Shown here: positions 61,795-64,000 of the stretch, one piece after another
How positions within the stretch are numbered: the stretch's first letter is position 1
Layout of the letters: every line of letters starts with the position of its first letter
From: Alphaproteobacteria bacterium
Lineage (GTDB): Bacteria > Pseudomonadota > Alphaproteobacteria > GCA-2731375
Length of the DNA: 64,000 nt
NCBI GenBank assembly: GCA_965225945.1
Contig: CBDDBZ010000038.1
Coordinates: forward strand, 160,001-224,000
Direction of reading: 5' to 3'
Program-made: the position numbers and the translations under genes
The notes under the pieces: model-generated
The model's input: only the letters and a program-made list of their open reading frames with translations
Told to the model about the DNA's origin: nothing
The model's database searches: none

Positions 61795-64000
61795 CTATTG
61801 ATGGAACTGGTTCAACGCCGAACCAAGCCTGAACCATTCGAGCTGGGATTCGCCGAAGGAGTGATCCACTTTGAGGGTCTCGACGGTACCGTCGGAGTGC
61901 GTGACGATACACTCTATCGGCTTGTCGCGAGCCATGTCGGCCAGTCCAACGAGGCTTATGCGGTCGTCCTCGAGTATCTTGTCGTAGTCTGCGGAATTCT
62001 GGAAGGTCAACGCCAGCAGGCCTTGCTTCTTGAGGTTGGACTCGTGAATACGGGCGAAGCTGCGCACGATGACTGCGGCGGCGCCGAGCAGCCTCGGCGA
62101 CAGGGCGGCGTGTTCACGGCTTTAGCCCTCACCATAGTTGTGATCACCGACGACCACCCACTTCACACGCTCCGCCTTGTAGTGTCTCGCGATTTTAGAA
62201 ATTGCCTGACCTTCCTCTCTCGTCAGCACGTTCTTGCCGGTGCCGGCGTCGCCGGTGTAGGCGTTGGTGGCGCCCATGAACATGTTGTCGCTGAACTTGT
62301 CGAGGTGTCCGCGTAGGCGCAGCCAGGGGCCGGTGGGAGAAATGTGGTCCGTTGTGGTCTTGCCCTTGGTCTTGATCAGCACGGGCATATCCACGAAGTC
62401 GTTGCCATCCCAGGCCGGCCAAGGTTCCATCAGTTGAAGCCTCTCGCTGTTGGGATCGACCTTGAGCTCGATATCGCTTCCATCCTCCGGCGGCGCCAAG
62501 TAAGAGGACTGGCCCTTATCGAAGCCTTTTTCCGGGACCTCCGGGGCGGGTCTGGGAGGCGTGAATTCGAACGCCTCGCCATCGGCTCCGGTCAGGGAAT
62601 CGGTCAAGGGGTTGAACGAGAGCTTCCCGGCTATGGCAAGGGCGGTGACGATTTCGGGGCTGGCGATGAAATTCATCGTCGTCGGCTGACCGTCGTTGCG
62701 CCTCGGGAAGTTGCGGTTATACGAAGTGACGATGGTGTTGGGCACGTCCATCATCTCCTTGGCCCGGCGCCATTGACCGATACATGGGCCGCAGGCATTG
62801 GCGAGGACCGTGCCGCCGATTTCTTTTAGGGATTGCATCTGCCCGTCGCGCTCGATGGTCGCGCGCACCTGCTCGGAGCCAGGCGTGACCATGAAGGGCA
62901 CCGCCGAATTCAGGCCATGGGCTTTGGCCTGATCGGCTACGTCCGCGGCGCGGCTCATGTCCTCATATGATGAGTTGGTGCAGCTGCCGATCAGCGCCGT
63001 CGAGATGTCGTCGACGAATTCGTTGCCGGCGTTGGCGACCTCGGCCGCGAGCCGGGAAATGGACCGCGCGCGGTCGGGAGAGTGGGGGCCGACGACGTGC
63101 GGCTCGAGCTTGGAAAGTTCCAGCCTGACGACCAGATCATAATGTTTCTCGGGCTCGGCCTCGACTTCATCGTCCGGGGCCAGCAGGTGGCGGTGCTTCT
63201 CCGCTATCGGAACCAGGCCACCCCGGTCGGTGGCTTCCAGATATTTGGCTATGTGCGCGTCGTAGGGGAACATGGAAGTCGTAGCCCCCAACTCTGCTCC
63301 CATGTTGGTAATGGTGGCCTTCCCCGTGGCGCTGATGGTGCGGGCGCCGGGGCCGATATATTCGACGATGGCGTTGGTTCCGCCGGCCACGGTCAGTTCG
63401 CCGGCGACGTAGAGGATTATGTCCTTGGGCGCCGTCCAACCACTCATCTCGCCCGTGAGATAGACTGCGATATGCTTGGGATAAAGCACCTCCCACGGGA
63501 GTCCCGCCATCACTTCTACCGCGTCGGCGCCGCCAACGCCCACCGAGCAGGCCCCGAGTCCGCCGGCATTGGGGGTGTGGGAATCGGTGCCGATCATCAA
63601 CTCTCCGGGGAAGGCGTAGTTTTCCAGCGCCACCTGATGAATGATACCGGCGCCCGGTCCCCAGAAGCCGGCCCCGTACTTGGCCGCCGCAGAGCGAAGG
63701 AAGTCATAGACCTCGCTGTTTTCCGCCAAGGATTCTCTAAGGTCGGCGGCACCCTCCACTCTGGCCTGGATGAGGTGGTCGCAGTGGATGGTGGTAGGGA
63801 CGGCAACTTTGTCCCTCTTGGTCTGCATGAACTGCTGCATTCCGGTCTGTCCCAGCACGTCCTGCAAAATTACCCTGTCCGGGCGAAGGAACAGATAACT
63901 CTCGCCGGGTTCCATGTCTTGATTTTCAGGGTCGTCCAAGTGTCCCAGCAGGACCTTGTCCGCCAGGGTCAGATCTCTCCCCAACCTGCGGCGGACGACC
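61795..64000 (-). pseudogene. Aconitate hydratase (mitochondrial-like type), 5' end outside window, in-frame TAA at 62122-62124
   Basis: HCDH, GTDSHT, IGSCTNSSYED, ACGPCIGQW, TDHISP and NYGEG*SREH; same frame on both sides of the stop. Confidence 0.9.

Noticed and set aside
1-64000. tRNA/rRNA genes
   Set aside because: None recognised by eye; a tRNAscan/Rfam run would be needed to exclude them

Overview
GC-rich bacterial sequence, probably an Alphaproteobacterium (inferred from the Zn-ribbon DinB, EipB and the RidA/GDPD/GNAT cluster). The first ~10.8 kb and last ~8 kb are mostly metabolic genes. About 10.9-56.1 kb is a dense, nested mosaic of mobile DNA: IS4, IS66, IS1380, IS1595, IS21, IS3, IS630, IS91 with a tyrosine recombinase, and a group II intron. 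Defence remnants (HigB/HigA-IrrE with a CBASS-like operon, a PD-(D/E)XK nuclease, DprA) and a TolC/RTX-vWA locus are mixed in. The most notable observations are: (1) IS1595-family derivatives bounded by two right ends with intact 8-bp TSDs, one carrying a cargo ORF; (2) an IS66 carrying a coupled DNA adenine methyltransferase, inserted twice into copies of the same IS4; (3) a class-C-like group II intron inserted into the GTT^C terminus of an IS91/integrase element, whose other end is a 25-bp hairpin that is tandemly reiterated; (4) a TA/peptidase-headed CBASS-like operon. Two stretches look like garbled consensus, so some indels and stops may be assembly errors. All family calls come from motifs read by eye; no database search was run.
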